From contig NC_042997.1 in NCBI RefSeq assembly GCF_006345805.1, positions 123,938,001 through 124,002,000 of the forward strand: a stretch of DNA of 64,000 nucleotides, in the 5' to 3' direction. Below, in pieces: positions 11,762-26,000 of the stretch (positions are counted from its first letter, which is position 1; each line of letters opens with the position of its first letter). A program made the position numbers and the translations under genes. Origin of the DNA: Octopus sinensis (lineage: Eukaryota). The notes beneath the pieces are model-generated. The model was not told the DNA's origin. It was given only the letters and a program-made list of their open reading frames with translations, and did not search any database.

Positions 11762-12162
11762 CTCTTTTACTTGTTTAAGTCATTTGATTGCGGCCATGCT
11801 GGAGCACTGCCATTAGTCGATTAAATCGACCCCAGGACTTATTCTTTGGAAGCCTTTTTCTTATTCTATCTCTCTTTTTCCGAACCGCTACGTTACGATG
11901 ACGTAAAGACACCACCATCGGTTGTCAGGCGATGTGGGTGGGACAAACACAGACACACAAACATATACATTCACATATATATATATATATACATATATAT
12001 GACGAGCTTCTTTCAGTTTCCGTCTACCAAATCCACTCACAAGGCTTTGGTCGGCCCGAGGCTATAGTAGAAACACTTGCCCAAGGCGTCATGCAGTGGG
12101 AATGAAACCAGAACCATGTGGATAGTAAGCCAGCTACTTACCACACAGCCATTCCTGCGCCT
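11762..12162 (-). mobile_element. SINE family A, near full length
   Basis: Reverse-complement homologue of 53403-53790, including the tRNA-like head. Confidence 0.85.
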
Positions 12163-12320
12163 ATGTAATGTATGTCTACATACATTACTCCTTCGCATAT
12201 GTAATGTATATGCATATTTGTATGTTTTGCTTTATGTATGTATTCTCATACATATAGTTGCATATGTAGACATACCCATATATATTTGGTCATGTATGTA
12301 TGTATATATGTATGCATATG

Positions 12321-12476
12321 GGCGTAGGCATGGTCGTGTGGTAAGATATTTGCTTCCCAGCATGGTTCTGCGTTTTATCCTGCTGCGTGGCATCTTGGGC
12401 AAGTGTTTGCTACTATAGCCTCGGGTCAACCAAAGTCCTGTGAGTTGATTTTCTAGAAACTAAAACAAGTCCGTCA
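12321..12476 (+). mobile_element. SINE family A, 5' half
   Basis: GGCGTAGGCATGGTCGTGTGGTAAG..TTGGGCAAGTG..CTATAGCCTCGGG. Confidence 0.75.
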
Positions 12477-13639
12477 TAGAAATTTGAACTGTTAGAGTAT
12501 ATCTATCCATAAATGGCCATTCTCTGAAAATTGCAGTTAAGATATTCTGTAACTTCCAATTTTTCATTCTGTATAAATCATGCTCTTTTCTTTATCCTTT
12601 CACTTTTAGCTGTTATCATACAAGAACACTGCATCCGATGTTATGGTCATTGCTCCGTTCTTTCAGTATCCAGATATGGGAAAGACATTCCACAACGCAA
12701 GCCATTGCTATTGTTTGACTTTTGTTATTGTTTGTTCGTTTTTGTTTTTGTTCTTTTGGTATTTGTAACTCAAGGAAGTTCCATCGTCTTAAAACATTTA
12801 CTTGTATTTATCTATAACTGTCTTATTTTGCATTACTGCGTTTATATTTAACTTTATTGATTATCGATTTCGTGTTGAATATAAGTTCTAATGGTCAAGT
12901 GTCTCTCTCTTCTTTAATGTAAAATATAACTGCATAGTCATAATTAATGCCTCAGTTCATTATTCCCCACTGCCGCAGTATTTCATGTAGGAATCCTTAT
13001 AATGCCCGATATTCAGGTAAAATCTGTCTTTTATCTCTATCTAACAGTGAAATGATTACGTAAGGGTGAATCTACGCTAGAATGGATTTAAAGAGTTATG
13101 GTAATGGCGCTATTTCCATAAGGTAGGGCTTGAAAGTTGTCGGAAATTTCTCCCTGTAGTTGCTATCAGCTAAGACTCAGTTGAACTAACACGCTGCTCT
13201 ACCAAATGTTTACTTAGAATATTTTTATATATGATTGGTATTGTGAGTAAATTTTACAAATCCATTATTGTTTTAAAGGTCTTTATTTTATGTGTCTCAT
13301 TTGTCTCGTGAAACTACTTTTGAATGCCTGCGTCTATGTTCAGTGATGTCGGTAAAATCTTCGTTGAAAGTACCTATGAGATACTCCCTAAAGGTAATTC
13401 CGCCTGCAGTATTGCCTTTGTTTAATGCGGCAACTATATCGTATCAATAGTTGCTGATTTCGGAATTGGCGAGTATAGTCTATGGCTTTTATATAAAGGC
13501 CAAACAGATATCATATGTCTACGCTATCGCAATAGCCTAATCAAGACGATGAAATTGTCCGTGGTTTAAGATTTATTAATGTATAGCTATGATCAAAGCT
13601 TTTCCAAAAGTTGTTGACCTGGATTAATAATTATAATAA

Positions 13640-14135
13640 TAATATATAAATGAAATTATTGTATACATTGCTCAGGTGCACTACAACTTGTCAAAAGTGC
13701 GTATAAAGCATATGCAGTAAGGTACAAATGTCTGGGAAGTGAACAGTGTATGAGACAGATACATGCTTGCGTGTGTATGGAGGGGAGAAAATCAGGTGTA
13801 GCGTTGGCGAATCTCAGGAAGCATGGAAGTTTTGAAGGATGCAGTGCTCCGACAACTAACAACTGATGCCGGCAGTTTGTTCCGTACTTCAGCAATTCTT
13901 CGCGCGAAAAAATGTTTCCAAAAGTCATGGGAGCCTTGCTGTTTTTCTGACTTTGTAAACATGCAACTCATAAATACTGACGTATCTATTGGCGAATGGT
14001 AGAGAGTGCAAAATTTGTAGCCGGGATATACAGGAGAATCGAAAATAGTGATATATGAATCCAACTCAGGAAGTGATCTTTACTGTGTTGTAATGGATAC
14101 ATTTTCAATTCCAGGTATCATCCTCATTTTGTTCA
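13640..14135 (-). mobile_element. CR1/L2-group LINE 3' fragment
   Basis: HDFWKHFFARRIAEVRNKLPASVVSCRSTASFKTSML matches the CR1-type ORF2 C-terminus (HFFSxRVVxxWNxLP..SFK). Confidence 0.75.
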
Positions 14136-15008
14136 TATCATTCTGCTTATTCGTTTAAAGCGTATTTTCTTTCACACTCTCTCGCTTTTTCTTTTTCATT
14201 TTCGAATTTTCAATACTAAAATATATTGAGTTATTTTCCGATGCAGCGTAGATTAATTTAACAAGGTTAATTTTGAAGATGTGATAACAGGTTGTCTGAT
14301 AAATGATGGATTAATAACTTTAGAAACTCTTTTGTTACATTGGATTTAACCGTTAGGATGCAAAGCAGGATCATACATTATGCTATATTTCACACGCAAA
14401 CACAGATACATGCAAAATATAAACACGCAAATCCTCACACACACATATATGCACATGCACACACACAGCGCTATTTGTGTATTTATATACGGAGACAGAG
14501 AGAAAGTGCGAAAGAGAGAGAGAGAGAGGAAGAGAGAGAGAGAGAAATACATAAATAGATATATGCATATGTTTACGTATACACATACGTATTTTTGTAT
14601 GTGTATATATATGTATATGCACGAGTGCATGTGTGCGCGTTTGTCTGTGTGTGAACATTTGATTTATGATTCATCGGGATGTATATTTGTCATGGAAATT
14701 TAAATGTATTTCTATAATAAATATGTATTAGGAAAAGCGCAGAATTCAACATTAACATCCATATTGAAAAGAACTTGTATATATGAGATTAAAATACACA
14801 CTCAATTGATTGGAATAAAATGATTTTTAATTAAGTGAAATAAATTTATTAAACGGTACGAATATATAATTCAATAAAAGCAATTTTCTATTTAAAAGTT
14901 AATAGAAGAACGTAATAAGTGAAATTAAAGGTTGCAAAAGAAAATCTCACATAGAATTACCATTCAAACTTCGTATACATATATACATACATATATATAT
15001 ATATATAT

Positions 15009-15039
<31 letters not shown>

Positions 15040-15070
15040 GTGTGTGTTTGTGTGTGTGTGTGTGTGTGTA

Positions 15071-15113
<43 letters not shown>

Positions 15114-15374
15114 GGATGTATGTGAGATAGGTGGGGAGAGATGGTTGGGCTTCGATAATTCATTTTATGAATATTTTTGAAAATTCTCATAAAATGAATT
15201 CCAAATAAATAGAATTATATAATCCTCATATAATTTCACTACATTTCTTGCGTTACTTTAAACTTGGCCAAGCATACATTTTACGCAGAAACGCATATGT
15301 ATATGTAATTCAATGTTATTGCATATGTGTGTGCGTGTTTGTGTGTGTGTGCATGTGCCTCCATGTATGTATGT

Positions 15375-15414
<40 letters not shown>

Positions 15415-15442
15415 TATATATGCGTGTGTGTGTGTGTGTGTA

Positions 15443-15497
<55 letters not shown>

Positions 15498-16433
15498 GTA
15501 TATGTTTATATATGTGTGTGTATATATATAATATATATATATATATATATTTATACATATATACATGTACATATATATGGCTGCATAAGTGTGTCTTATA
15601 GCGCATAGTTGTATGCATGTGAAAGAATATGTATCAGTATCCATGCGTTGTCTTCTGTGAGTTTTGCGCTTTCTATTTTCATTCAGAACAGACATACAAA
15701 TATATTCATGGAAGAGCTTTGAATATATTCATTATCTCTGCATGATATCAGAAAAAAGAACAACCAAAAAAGCGTTATATATGAATATACAAATCTATTT
15801 ATAGCCTCATAAAATATCAATATACACAATATTCATTTGCGAATCTATATTGCGTGTTTATTTACCAATACACTCTTTGATGTGCATTAATTATTGAGAC
15901 ATCAGCAAAACACCGACAATACAGATACACCCACACAAGTACATATACACACGCTAACACACACAATTGTATACTAATACATACACGCATGCTCACACAC
16001 GCACGTACGAACAGACACACGCACACACACATGTATGTATGTATGTATGTATGTATGCATATGTATTCTTACCTATATATGTCCGTTCGCATATAAATAA
16101 ATACATGTATGTAGAAGTATCTATTTATCTATCTGTGTTTATGTGTGTATATAAACAACCAGATGAATGTAACACTCAGAATATTTTGTTGGAGTTTAAA
16201 AATTATTCTACTGCTTTAATAATATGAAGACGCAGATCAAAATAATTTTAAATTCCATGAGTTTATAAAATAGAATCTGATGTACGGTGGGATAGACGAA
16301 TTTGAAAGAAATTTTAAAATATACTGTAGATGTGACTATCTATACCTCCATTAGTCATTTCAGGTCACGTGTACTCTTACTGCAATTTAGCTTTAACATG
16401 CACCAAGAAATAGGCCGAAAGGATGTAATGCTT

Positions 16434-16501
<68 letters not shown>

Positions 16502-16539
16502 TTATTGCTTTATTCTTTTTTTTGTTTCTGGCGTTTGAT

Positions 16540-16704
16540 GCTGGATCATTGCATTTAGTGGAGCAAATCGACTCCGGGAATTATTCTTTATAAGCCCAGT
16601 ACTTATTCTAAAGGTCTCTTTTGCCAAACCGCTATGTTACGGGGACGTAAACACACCGACAGCGGTTGTCAAGTGATGGAGTGGGGACAAATGCAGACGG
16701 ACAA

Positions 16705-16715
<11 letters not shown>
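16540..16715 (-). mobile_element. SINE family A, 3' half
   Basis: Homologous to the SINE A tail; the adjoining microsatellite hosts the mariner insertion. Confidence 0.75.
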
Positions 16716-16779
<64 letters not shown>

Positions 16780-16835
16780 TATATGTATGTATATATATAT
16801 GTATATATATATAGATAGATATATAGATATATATA

Positions 16836-18115
16836 CGAGGGGCGTTCAATAAGTAATGCCCCTGACTCACTTCCCATAGCAGTAGAGCAACGAAACTTGG
16901 CACAGTTATTAGTCTTTTTCTACATAGGAACCACCCAAAGGTACGCATTTCTCCCATTGTCTGATGCAGCTCTGGAGACCGTTTTTGTAGAAGACCCAAG
17001 CTTGGTCCTCCAACCCCGACGTGACTTCAGAAAACAAGGCTGCATCACCTGGGAAACGCTTTCCTTTCAAAAACAACTCCATGGCTGGGAAGAGGTGAAA
17101 ATCAGAGGGTGCAAGGTCAGGAGAGCAGGGGGGATGGGGGAGGATTTCATAGCCGCACGCCTGTGCTTCTGATCTGGCGACACGCGAGTTGTGGACCGGA
17201 GCGTTGTCCTACAGGAGGAGGATGACTTTGCTGATCTTGCCCCGCCTCTTGATTTTGATAGCTTCTCTTAATTTCCTCAAAAGTGAAGCGTAATAGGCTC
17301 CTGTAAATGTGGTACCCTTTTCCAGGAAATCTGTCATCACTACTCTGTCCTGGTCCCTGAAGACTGTGAGCATGACCTTGCCAGCGGAGGGCTGCACCCT
17401 TGCCTTCTTTGGAGGAGGTGAGTCACGGTGCGTCCACTGCATTGACTGGGCTTTGGTCTCTGGACCATAGTGATGGACCCAGGTTTTATCCTGTGTAATC
17501 AGTCTTTTGAAAAATTTTGACTCATCTTCTTGGCACATCTCCAAATTCATCCTCGAGCACTCGACGCGTTCTTGTTTCTGGAAAGGTGTGAGCAACCTGG
17601 GAATCCATCTGGCAGACACCTTTTGCATATGCAAATGGTCATGAATGATAGTTTCCACAGACCCGGTACTAATCTTGACCTCATGGGCTATTTGGCGAAT
17701 AGTTCCAAAATGGCAGCCTCAGCTTGACGGACAGATGCCTCATCAATGGCAGAAGGTGGGTGATCGGATCTGGGAGCTGTTTCCACAGAGTTCCGACCAT
17801 GTTTGAATTCACGATGCCAGCGTTTTACAAGGTCATATGATGGGGCATCATCACCATAAGTTACTTTCATTTAATCAAAAGTCTCCCGTGGTGTGCGTCC
17901 TTTCAAATACAAAAAAAGGATCACTGCTCGACACTCAACAGGCTCCATTTCACACTTGACTCAGTTGAAACACCTGTAAATCAGAAACCACAATTTGTTC
18001 AGAGCTTTAATTCGTCACTTCATCTATAGAGATATAAATAATTGCACATGCAAAATTTCAGCTAGATCAAACAACTGCAAGTGGGTCAGAGGCATTACTT
18101 ATTGAACGTCCCTCG
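16836..18115 (-). mobile_element. Mariner (DD34D) DNA transposon, near full length, 1280 bp
   Basis: ~31-bp TIRs CGAGGGGCGTTCAATAAGTAATGCCCCTGAC with 2 mismatches, TA TSD on both sides (16834-5 and 18116-7), transposase inside. Confidence 0.95.
16909..17948 (-). pseudogene. Mariner transposase, disrupted
   Basis: MEPVECRAVI..HTH..WIPRLL..ITQDKTW..L*DNAPVH..CSPDLAPSD..FYKNGLQSCIRQWEKCV..YVEKD*, with stops and a small deletion with frameshift near 17705. Confidence 0.9.
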
Positions 18116-18158
18116 TATATATACATATATATGTATATATATATATACTTATATATGC

Positions 18159-18244
<86 letters not shown>

Positions 18245-18267
18245 ATATAGATATATACACATACATA

Positions 18268-18560
18268 TCTGATATATAAAATCCGTTCTGTCTGTGTGTG
18301 GCTTCTAGGATCTCGGGCATCCTCCATCCGATCGAGCTCAAATTTGGTCTGTAGATACCGACGCTATCAGAGCGTGTATAAGTCTTGAAAAAATTACAAA
18401 AATCGATTCCAGGTAAGAATGCGATCGATAAAGCCGTGGGAATGTGCATTTTTACGCGCAAGTACATAAGCTGTTGCGATCGATACTACGCGTATGCGAG
18501 AAAAAATGCTCGTGCAGTGTACTGCTTAAAGGCAAATTACTTTCCTGCCAAGCTTAATGT
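18268..18560 (+). mobile_element. Non-autonomous Helitron/Helentron-like fragment
   Basis: Starts TCTGATATATAAAA..CTGTCTGTGTG..ATCCGATCGAGCTCAAATTTGG, resembling HINE-type 5' regions; no 3' hairpin seen. Confidence 0.45.
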
Positions 18561-19004
18561 TTAAATCATGTTTGTGTTCTCCTAGTCAACAGCCTTATAA
18601 TTACTGGTACTTTAAACTCTTCGGTTGCATATTTGCGCGAATAAAATCGTTTTTCTTTGGAATAGAAAAAAGTCTATCGTTATTTCTTCTTTTGCTGGTG
18701 TCTCAAATTTAAGTTAAAACAGTGTTACTATGGGATGGTCAGACAAGTTGCTTTCAGAAAATTTGGTTTAAATGTTTGACAACTCAGCACCGTCCATTGG
18801 ACGGGGGGCGTTTTGCTCGTATATACATATATTCATACACACACACATATATATATCACTTTTTCTCCTCTCTCACTATATGGGTGTGTGTGTGTGTAGC
18901 GTATTTGAGTACTTATGATTACCAGTAAATGACTCTCTTCAAATCAGTTAAAACGCTTTTTATTTTCTTTAATATGTCTCACGTCAGACAGAATGCTAAG
19001 AAAT

Positions 19005-19130
19005 GAAATGAAAAGACATGAAGCCATCGTAAACATATGTGCAGATTTAGAAATTGGTAACATGCTAAATGCTTCAAGATCTCTGGTATACAATGTTCTT
19101 AAGAAATTGCAAATCACTAACGGGAATCAT
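19005..19130 (+). mobile_element. Tc1/mariner-type transposase N-terminal HTH fragment
   Basis: MKRHEAIVNICADLEIGNMLNASRSLVYNVLKKL, an HTH-like EIAxxLNxSRSxVYxV pattern. Confidence 0.5.
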
Positions 19131-19164
19131 TCAAAGATGGATTACTTAGTACACTACAACGACC

Positions 19165-19560
19165 TCAACAGGAATCTCAGGTTGACTGGCTCCATTCACC
19201 AGAATATGTTCCACAACACCTTCCGTCCTTTGCGTCCCAGGCCAGCAAGCACGTTCTCTGCTACCAACCACAATCACCGGTTCAACGTTCTCTTATTTTC
19301 TTTATATGCCTCACTTTCCATCCATCAATGTTTCCGTCACCCACCTTCACTTTTCCGCATAATGGATAACTTCCTCCTCACAAACACTACAATGACCTCC
19401 ATAGGAATCCTAGGTTGACTGGCTCCATTCACCAGAATGCGTTCCACAACAACTCCTGTCTTTCATTTGCTCACACACCAGCACAGACGTTCTCTGCTAA
19501 CCCAGTCACCGGTTCAACGTTCTCTTACTTTACATATACGTCTCACTTTTCTGTCACCCA
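19165..19560. repeat. Diverged direct repeat (~150-bp core, period ~230 bp)
   Basis: AGGAATC..AGGTTGACTGGCTCCATTCACCAGAAT..GTTCTCTGCTA..CACCGGTTCAACGTTCTCTTA occurs twice. Confidence 0.85.
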
Positions 19561-19799
19561 CCTTCACCTTTCCGCATCTCTCTCCCTCTGTGTGTATACA
19601 AGCGTGTGCATGTGTATGTATGTTTATGCACCTGTGTGTATATGTATGGTGTATGTATGTGTATGTATATATACACATACATACACATATACATAAAATT
19701 ATATACATGTGTGAGAGAGAAAGAGAGAGAGAGAGAGATTGTGTGTGCACGCGCACGTGCTACAGATTATTTTCGATAAGGCCAGTAAAATTTGTTTTA

Positions 19800-21100
19800 T
19801 GCGAGAGAATTAAAACTGCTGCTTTTGTTTGAATTATTTAAATATCTGAAACCATTTATTACCCAGCTCTTCTATTTCTTACGGATTTTCCATTTCACCG
19901 ATTGCTTCCGTTTGAGTATGCTACAGATCGATGAGTTTTATTTGGAAGGAATTGGGATGAAAAGAGAACACGTGTGCCCTTAAGCGTCAGAAATTTCTTT
20001 CTTCTCGCCGGTTTGTTTCTCTCATTGAAACATTATCTTATATTCTGTGCTGTAATATCATAACATGCCTTTTATTTATGCATTTTATATTTAGGTATCC
20101 CTTTCTTCAACAATGCTTCTATGATCAATTATGTTTCTTTAGTTACCCAAGGAAATTTTTGCTTCAATTTCCATGATATTAGCCCGAAGGTGAAAAAAAT
20201 TATTTCGCGCAGTATGGAACCAATATCTTACAATGAAAATTGACAATCTTTCAGAAAGATATCTATCAGACATGATTCGCCTGCATTCTGTGGAATCGAA
20301 ATCCAGGAACAACTGCCTTCGGCACATTTTTCTAAATTGAATTTCAGATAATTGGGCAAGATTGGTTCTGAAGATCCGAACAGAATCTAAGCATAGTTAC
20401 ACGGTAACATTCTTTGAATTTTGCTAGTTAGATATTTTTATATAAATTGTGTTGTTTCATTACGAATATTTTTTTTGTTTCGAAAGAAAAACAGATATTC
20501 TCACATCGCGTTTATTTTGTAATCTTTAGATTACTGCGGGTCAGATTTCTGCATAGAAACGAAATTGATTAATTAATAGACAATTCAGAACAGAAACATC
20601 TGATACAAATATTCTCTGAATTATCGATATGTTTAATACCTCAAAGGCAATCAATAGGCAAAATCACTACAGAGTTAGACTAAATCTCTCACAATAATAT
20701 ATTTCCTAATTTTAGATTCTTATTCAGATCCTGCTGATATTAACCTTTCATTTCTTCAATTACTGTTCAACAACATATGTTCTCTGGTCATGTCATAATA
20801 ACTCTAATTGCTCCCTAAAACTGCATTCCTGTACATAACACTATGACAATATAATATTTGAAATGTTACATTACCAAACATATACTTCAAAATTCTAATC
20901 AACATCATATTGTTTTCCTTATAAACATAAATGTCATGAAATAATAGCGAAAAATATTGATCAATCGTATAAGATAGGACCAGAAAGGTGTATAAGAGAT
21001 AAAATTTTCTTGCATATTTTACTGGTATTTCTTCGAGAAATCTCAGAAACATGAATTCCAAATTAGGCCTTAGAGAAATTCACAATTGGCAGACACACAG
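19800..21100 (-). pseudogene. Decayed Toll-like receptor-like gene (LRR-LRRCT-TM-TIR)
   Basis: In order on the minus strand, with stops and frameshifts: LEEIP..TFLVLSY..MFGNVTFQILY; SNSVVILPIDCL*GIKHIDNSENICIRCFCS; GESCLIDIFLKDC..IGSILREIIFFTFGLISWKLKQKFPW; KYK..CYD; EERNF*RLRAHVFSFHP..EAI..NKWFQIF. Confidence 0.55.
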
Positions 21101-21810
21101 ACATAGCATGGCTTTATTTTAACTCTCTCAAGATTCTGCCGATCTACCGTAATTTCACTGCATAATACATAATATTTTGGCCTCAAAATTTGTAGTCGAT
21201 TAAACGAATCCCAATATTTGTCTAGCCCTTTGTTTTAGCAACGCCAAAACGATGAAAAGAAAAGTTTGCAGCAACAGCATCTAAACTCAAGTCGTGAAAG
21301 GACGCAGCTGAAAACCAGAAGATGTTTACACCTATGATAAGGAGTTTTGATAAAGACACTAGGCTTTATTTTTGTTGACTTTATATTCGATTAAACTGCA
21401 TCTGCTTCTTGACTGGTTCATTTTCTTATCGAGTCCAGAAGAATGAACAATGCTGAACTCGTTTGGTTATTTACTCAGGACATTAGAGAATGAAATCGAA
21501 GTCACAAATATTCAGTTCACGATTGTATGATTTATTAATACATACAAATATCTTTATCATGTAATATTAAAAGAAAAAAATGTTCAGGATATTGCATGAT
21601 TGGTTTTCTAGTAACCACAGTTGAACTACGATTAATAAATACTTACTTATGTACGGTTTTACTTAGTAAAAACGTTCTTTAGGGCATAATTACGTCAAAT
21701 GAAACAACACAGCAAATTACATCTGAGACTACGTCTCCACAACATTACCACTGACATTTTCTTATTAAGCGGAATTTCTTGGATAATTGTTACTTGGTAT
21801 AGAATACTAC

Positions 21811-22045
21811 GGCAGCGAGCTGGCAGAAACGTTAGCACGCCGGGCGAAATGCGTAGCCGTATTTCGTCTGCCGTTACGTTCTAAGTTCAAATTCCGCCGA
21901 GATCGACTTTGCCTTTCATCCTTCGGGGTCGATAAATAAAGCACCAGTTACGCACTGGGGTCGATGTAATCGACTTAATCTATGTGTATGTCCTTGTTTG
22001 TCCTCTCTACGTTTAGCCCCTTGTGGGTAGTAAAGAAATAGGTAT
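21811..22045 (+). mobile_element. SINE family C
   Basis: GGCAGCGAGCTGGCAGAAACGTTAGC..GTTCAAATTCC (B-box-like)..CTTTGCCTTTCATCC..GTAAAGAAATAGG. Confidence 0.75.
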
Positions 22046-22199
22046 AAAATACTATGAATATAGCCGAAAATAACGTTCAAATGAAAGCTTGTTGTTACTG
22101 TAGTTGCTCTTAGAACGCACGCTACTTCTAACAAAACAGATATTATGTCGATAAAGTTCCTCTCCTAACCAGCCATTCTTTATCCCTGGGATTCATTGT

Positions 22200-23000
22200 C
22201 GAAAAAATGCAACCATTCCTTCATTTATGTGTTTAATGTCCCGATAGACTGGGATTGGAGGAACATTTGGCAATCATTTTTAGCAGAACATATCATCTAC
22301 AGGAGTTCTCATTGATTCGAATAGATGAGAAAAAAAAAACTTATATTTCTTCTGTAACAAGTTTCTTGAATAGCGATAGGCTTGTTTTATCTGATTTTCG
22401 TTTGCGCGTGATGTTTACAAAATTAGAGGATAAAGGTGACACATTAAGTTTTAATTGCATGTTTTAATAATCATGATATTGATGTGAATATTGCCATGAA
22501 AAGCAATTTAATTTCAGGCTCGTATTTAGTTTACCAGAGCGTTAAGAATTAATAAAGCGTCATAGAAAGTCATATATCACTATCTCATTACTATCAGCAA
22601 AACTACTAATTTATTCTTCATAATTTGGCATTTCCACGTCAGTTAACTTAATAGATATTCACTCCCATCTATGTCAGGGAACATTAAGTAGAATGTTTCG
22701 TCTTAGGTGCAAATACAAACCGAAAAGAATTGCCTGTGTCAAAATCGCTTTATGTGGTCGCAACAGTTAATTCAATGCGCACTTGAAGTAAAATCTTTAA
22801 GATGCTAAAGTTTCAGTTCTGATAGAGATGACTAGAAATTTTCCTGGATAAACTCATTGGTAAAGGTGGAAGTAGCAGAACTAGTTTGATGAGAAGCTGA
22901 AATGTAATTAGAATTATGCACAATTATTTACAACAAGCTCACTCTTCACTGGAAACGAATTGAAGCAATACTTAAGGGGTTACATGTTAAATTAAAGATA
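22200..23000 (+). pseudogene. Possible decayed LRR-coding remnant
   Basis: IFSRTYHLQEFSL; MFTKLEDKGDTLSFN; VFSLPER*EL; FTGNELK. Only weak LxxLxLxxN-like matches. Confidence 0.25.
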
Positions 23001-23388
23001 AATAGACTGAACATGATATAAAACACTGGATAAAAAAACTTTAACACTGGACCCGCTTTAACACTACCACCAAAAGTAGACTTTTTACTTTTAAGAGAGC
23101 GTCAATATTGCAGATAAATGAATAAGGCAACCGATATCGAGACCATTGGAGTCCACAGTTACAACTAGAGATCATCTCCATCAAATTGAGCCAACATCAA
23201 CTAACTACTAATATTATGAAAACGTCAAACATTCCACTGATTACATTGTAAAACATAAGTAAATTTTAAGTCGTGTGCATCCATTCCATTTCTCTTTTTT
23301 TTCTATACAATGATGCATTGGATGTGACTAGTGTCAGTAAACTAGCACTTAACCATATCTACATATATTTGATTTATTTTTATATTCC

Positions 23389-23615
23389 TTTCAGTCATTT
23401 GAGTGCCGACATGCTGGAGCACCACCTTTAGTCGAACAAATCTACCCCAGAACTTATTCTTTATAAGCCTAGTACTTGTTTCTTCAATCTCTTTAGCCAA
23501 ACCGCTATGTTATGAGGACATAAACACACTAGCATCGGTTGTCAAGCAATTTTTCAGGGACAAACACAGACACACAAACATATACTTACATATATACATA
23601 TATATATATGTATAC

Positions 23616-23646
<31 letters not shown>

Positions 23647-23791
23647 ATATATATATCACGGGCTTCTTTCAGTTTCCTTCTGACACATCCACTCCCAAAG
23701 CTTTGGTGGCCCGAGGTTATAGTAGAAGACTCTTGCCCACGGGGCCATGCAGTGGGGCTGAACCCGGAAACATGTTGTTGGTAAGTAAGCT
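23389..23791 (-). mobile_element. SINE family A
   Basis: Reverse-complement homologue of the other SINE A copies. Confidence 0.85.
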
Positions 23792-23844
23792 AATGGATGT
23801 ATATATAAATATGTATATATATATATATACACATATATATATAC

Positions 23845-23942
<98 letters not shown>

Positions 23943-24519
23943 TTGACATATACGTGTGTGTGTGTATGATTTATACCTGTTAGCGCAGAGCTGTAAGTGT
24001 TCGTGTGTATACTTAGTGAACATTTTTGGGACATGCTAGATAAATCATTCATGTAAACTTGCTTTAGCATATACTTTTATACGCAGATACTTTTATACAG
24101 AGAGAGAGAGAGTGAAAGAGCGAGAGAGCGGGAGGGAAAAGAGGTCACCAGAATTTTCTTAAGGTGCCAGAGGGAAGATAAATTTAACTATATATATATA
24201 TATATATATATTTCTGTGTGTGGATGTGTAAGTGCGCACGTGTATGTATGTATATGTGTTTGTGTGTGTGTGTGTGCGTGTGTGTGCGTGTATGCTTATG
24301 TGCGTATGTGCGCTTGTGAGTTCATGTGTTTGGAAATATGTCTCTGTCTACACTGTCTGGTTTCTTTTAATTTTATGTTTTTGCGGGGAAAAACATTAGT
24401 GCAATATTTACAACTTTGAAAAAATAAAATCCAATGAGCATCATGCTATAAATATTGGAGTAGAAACAACAGTAATAGTGTATTATTTTTCTTTTCTTAA
24501 GGTGTCTTTTAACAGAAAT

Positions 24520-25145
24520 ATTTTACAAAAACAAACTGACTCATACCAATATTTAAATTGCTACTCTTGCCATCTATCACACATCAAAAGAAACAACCCA
24601 TACACCATGGCAAAATGTATCTGTGCTGTAGTGGCTGACCCCAAAATACGTAAAGTCCGACTCAACGAGCTCAAAGACTTCCTCACAATGCAGAAATACC
24701 CCTTAGGATTAATTACGAGGGGATTTTAAAAGCGCACCCAACTACGGACACCCAAGGAAAAAATAATGAACACGTGTTCTCGTTTGTGAACACACACAGT
24801 CCTGAGATAACCCACATTTTGACGCCATAAAATCGAACTTACCTAATACTTACAGAATAGTAGACACCAACCAAAAAATCTTTAAAAAACATCTCAGAAG
24901 AGCAGAATTCACATCAGAGAATGAATCAGAATTCTTAGCAAAAGAATGTGGAGACAGATGTGGAAACATGCAACAACAACTTTAAATACTTAGAAAGTGG
25001 TTCAAGAGCGGATTGTCGTTCAACATAAATGTAGATATGAACTGCAAAACGCAGAACCTCATATACTGCATTACCAGCCCCAACTGCAAAGGAAATATTA
25101 TTGTTGAAACAAATAATTCACTCTGCCAACATGCAAGAATACACA
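24520..25145 (+). mobile_element. Penelope-like element fragment (RT C-terminus and GIY-YIG endonuclease)
   Basis: KQTDSYQYLNCYSCHLSHIKRNNPYTMAK..RLNELKDFL..KYPLGLI and NCKTQNLIYCITSPNCKGNIIVETNNSL. Confidence 0.85.
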
Positions 25146-25171
25146 TATACATATATATACATATACATATA

Positions 25172-25957
25172 TATATTCATTTCTCTCTCTGTTTTGTGTA
25201 TGCATATATGCTTATATGCCCCAATATTAGACTATTTTCTTTAGATATTACACGATGATTGGGTGTCCGTAGTTGGGTGCGCTTTTAAAATCCCCTCGTA
25301 ATTAATCCTAATGGACATTTCTGCATTGTGAGGAAGTCTTTGAGCTCGTTGAGTCGGACTTTACGTATTTTGGTGTCAGCCACTACAGCACAGATACATA
25401 CATATATTAAAGCTTATAAGCAATCATCGTGTAATATCTAAAGAAAATAGTCTAATATTGGGGCATATAAGCATATATGCATACACAAAAGAGAGAGAGA
25501 AATGAATATTATAATACAGCAAGAGGAATTACGTAAAATTCCGTTAAGTAAGATTCTGGAAATATGCAGCGACGGAAAATTCAAAATCGTTATTCTGAGT
25601 AAATACGCACATGGTTGAAATGGACGATGGGGTTGTACTTCATATATATGTGTGAAATATACGTATTTGTACGAATGTATTCCTATGGATATGTATATGT
25701 AGGTCTCATTTATTTACGGTCGGTGTACCATACTGATGTTTGTAAAGCAATTTTAATAATGCAAAACATAAAATCTGAAGATATAGGGTTGTCCACAATA
25801 TTTTTATAAATCCCATCTTTCCATTTTTCTAGCATACAGCCTTATGATAAACGGTGTGCTAGCTTAACTGGTTTGTATTCGTTTGACGACTATTTCATGC
25901 ATACAGGCGCTATCCCTCCCGTACCCCTAATTATAAATATGTATATATAATTATACT

Positions 25958-26000
<43 letters not shown>

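Noticed and set aside
13450-13470. VADFGIG, a kinase DFG-like peptide
   Set aside because: No other kinase subdomains and no convincing exon boundaries; nearby stops.
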